From NCBI GenBank assembly GCA_020536535.1, contig JAHLWZ010000849.1:11311-75310 (forward strand): DNA of 64,000 bases. Direction: 5' to 3'. Source of the DNA: Pelomyxa schiedti (lineage: Eukaryota; Protista; Evosea). Position 1 is the stretch's first letter, and each line of letters starts with the position of its first letter. Of this stretch, positions 62,427 to 64,000 are shown piece after piece. The position numbers were made by a program, and so were the translations under genes. The notes beneath the pieces are model-generated. The model saw only the letters and a program-made list of their open reading frames with translations, ran no database searches and was not told the DNA's origin.

Positions 62427-62597
62427 TTTTGAATGGAACACCACCACAAAGTCAGAACCTGACCCAGGACCAACATTGCCACTACATGTGGTGGATCCAA
62501 AGTTTCCTCCCCAAGTGTTTTCTTAATTGTGGGAGGCCTGCTTCTTATCCCACAATCCAGTGCACCGGGAAAAAACTGGTTTTTTAAGAAGAAGCTT
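62427..62597. repeat. Repeat copies B (inverted, internally deleted, CpG-erased) and B' (direct, 5' part), back to back
   Basis: The reverse complement of 62427-62526 aligns to 62022-62137 with a 16-nt gap. 62547-62597 aligns to 61985-62034. Confidence 0.9.
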
Positions 62598-63050
62598 GGA
62601 GTCTCTTTCCCGGAGCCAGCACAAAGGATCCCAGTCCTTGCCAGCTGCAGTCAACTTCTTTTCTTCTCCATTTTGCCCAGGAGGCAAAACATGGTGGCAA
62701 AATGACCAAAACAGAGATACCAGAAGGACCAAACTCAAATCGAAGAACTGTGCAAAGAAGAAGATCACAAATGTCCAGACTATCAAGAAAAGGTGAGACA
62801 ACTGAAGCTTCTGAGCCTTCAAAGAGCTCCACAAAGAAATCACAGAGAAGTAAACAAGATCCTTCCTACAAAGCTGCCAAGACAGCGAAGAAAGAACGGC
62901 AGAAACAAATACAAGAACAAGAGCAACGATGCGATCAGTTCCCAAGCTGAAATTGCCTCCTTGGCAAAATGGAGAAGAAAAGAAGTTGACTGCAGCTGGC
63001 AAGGACTGGGATCCTTTGTGCTAGCTCTGGGAAAGAGACTCCGAGCTTCT
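62590..63050. repeat. Long inverted repeat (fold-back): 98-bp arms, 265-bp spacer
   Basis: 62590-62687 is the reverse complement of 62953-63050 with 4 mismatches. Confidence 0.95.
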
Positions 63051-63680
63051 GTGGGCTCGAGAATAAGTCCCACAGAGGAAGAAAACGAGTGAGAGTGAAG
63101 AGAATAAAGGGTTCTCTTGTTTGTTTGGTTGTTGTAAGGGGATAAAAAGGGAGTGTGTAAAATCTTGCAGAGCCGTTGTGTGATTGGGTTAAAAGGCCAC
63201 GATGTTCAAATGGACAAGTGTGCATGTAATCAAAACCACCTGCCACGTTGTTGTTGCTGTATTTGTGCACCCAGCTGCACTGTGTGCTGATCATTACCTT
63301 TGCTGTCTCATTCTGGTAAAGAATGGTCCAGATTCGGCTCAGTCCTCAGTCTCTCCACGTGTACTTTGTGGAAGTACACACTGGTACTGGCCCTCATCAT
63401 CCAGTTTCAATGCCCAGTGGCACCAGCTTTAATACTGCCACACCAAATTCATAGTGTGAGCCAGCACCAAATACTCTACCACAGCTGCTGTACAAAGTTG
63501 TAGGCACTGAACTAGCACCACTCTTCCATTTCTGCTGCAAACTCACCTAGTGTAGGAACTAGCCAGACCTTCACCTGTGTGTAAAATATACTACCACACC
63601 CAGCACCCACAGAATCACTTTTCAGCACCAGCAAATGGACTGCACCACAATGCCGTAATGTGGGACTGCCACTTCAACCC

Positions 63681-63850
63681 AAAAAAAAGGGGGGTAATTT
63701 TGAATGGAACACCACAACGAAGTCAGAACCTGACCCAGGACTAATGTCGCCGCTACAAGTCACACTCCTTCCCAGTGATTGCTCCGGAAATTTAACAGCT
63801 AGCTTCGTCTTCAAAAACCAGTTTTTTCCCTGTGCGCCGGATTGTGGGAT
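63681..63850 (-). repeat. Repeat element copy C
   Basis: 'gaatggaacaccacaacgaagtcagaacctgacccaggac...ctacaagtcacactcctt' and 'aaaccagttttttccc...ttgtgggat' are inverted matches to copy A. Confidence 0.85.
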
Positions 63851-64000
63851 CTTGCCCTGGTCTTCTCTGAATTCTTTTCCGGAACAACAAGCAGTGGCAA
63901 CACTCACCAGGGCCAATAACACCCCGTCTGTGGTTGAGGAGGGCCTCTGTATGGGCTCGATGCTGGCTTCCATGAACATCGCAGCTCTAAAAGCACATAA

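Noticed and set aside
61985-63850. CRISPR array or tRNA/rRNA interpretation of the terminal repeats
   Set aside because: The units are long, in mixed orientation and irregularly spaced. There is no cloverleaf or rRNA motif, and the context is eukaryotic.
1-64000. Alternative genetic code or stop-codon readthrough to explain fragmented ORFs
   Set aside because: In the conserved genes checked (PRP31, Rab4), the interrupting stops fall inside GT/GC-AG introns, and TAA, TAG and TGA all terminate genes.

Overview
Gene-dense eukaryotic (protist) nuclear DNA with a standard genetic code, many short (about 35-60 nt) spliceosomal introns and very short intergenic spacers. The ORF track therefore splits most genes into exons. 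Gene content and style suggest an amoebozoan, possibly an Archamoeba such as Pelomyxa; this is an inference, not a search result. Genes in order: a 5'-truncated receptor-type RasGAP (FN3-like/EGF-TM-RasGAP), PRP31, TMEM181, a membrane class III adenylyl cyclase, a cyclin-Y-like gene, an MCWS-type membrane protein, a small unknown gene, a zinc-finger/ADD-HDAC fusion, a synergin-gamma-like gene, a TBC1D13-like RabGAP, an Shk-like kinase, a fragment-rich spacer, a roughly 4,800-aa coiled-coil/Ser-rich gene with a 9.5-kb exon, two intronless coiled-coil-SAM-SAM-U-box paralogues flanking an ankyrin/ZZ-like gene, Rab4, a degenerate ankyrin gene, and a terminal repeat/fold-back cluster. The strongest unexplained signal is in that cluster: in one repeat pair all 7 aligned CpGs, and no other base, have mutated to TpG/CpA. 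This points to CpG methylation or RIP-like repeat silencing. A 98-bp fold-back hairpin, CpG-island-like gene starts and a DNMT3-type ADD reader fused to an intact HDAC fit the same picture. All gene models are manual, and several start positions are approximate.
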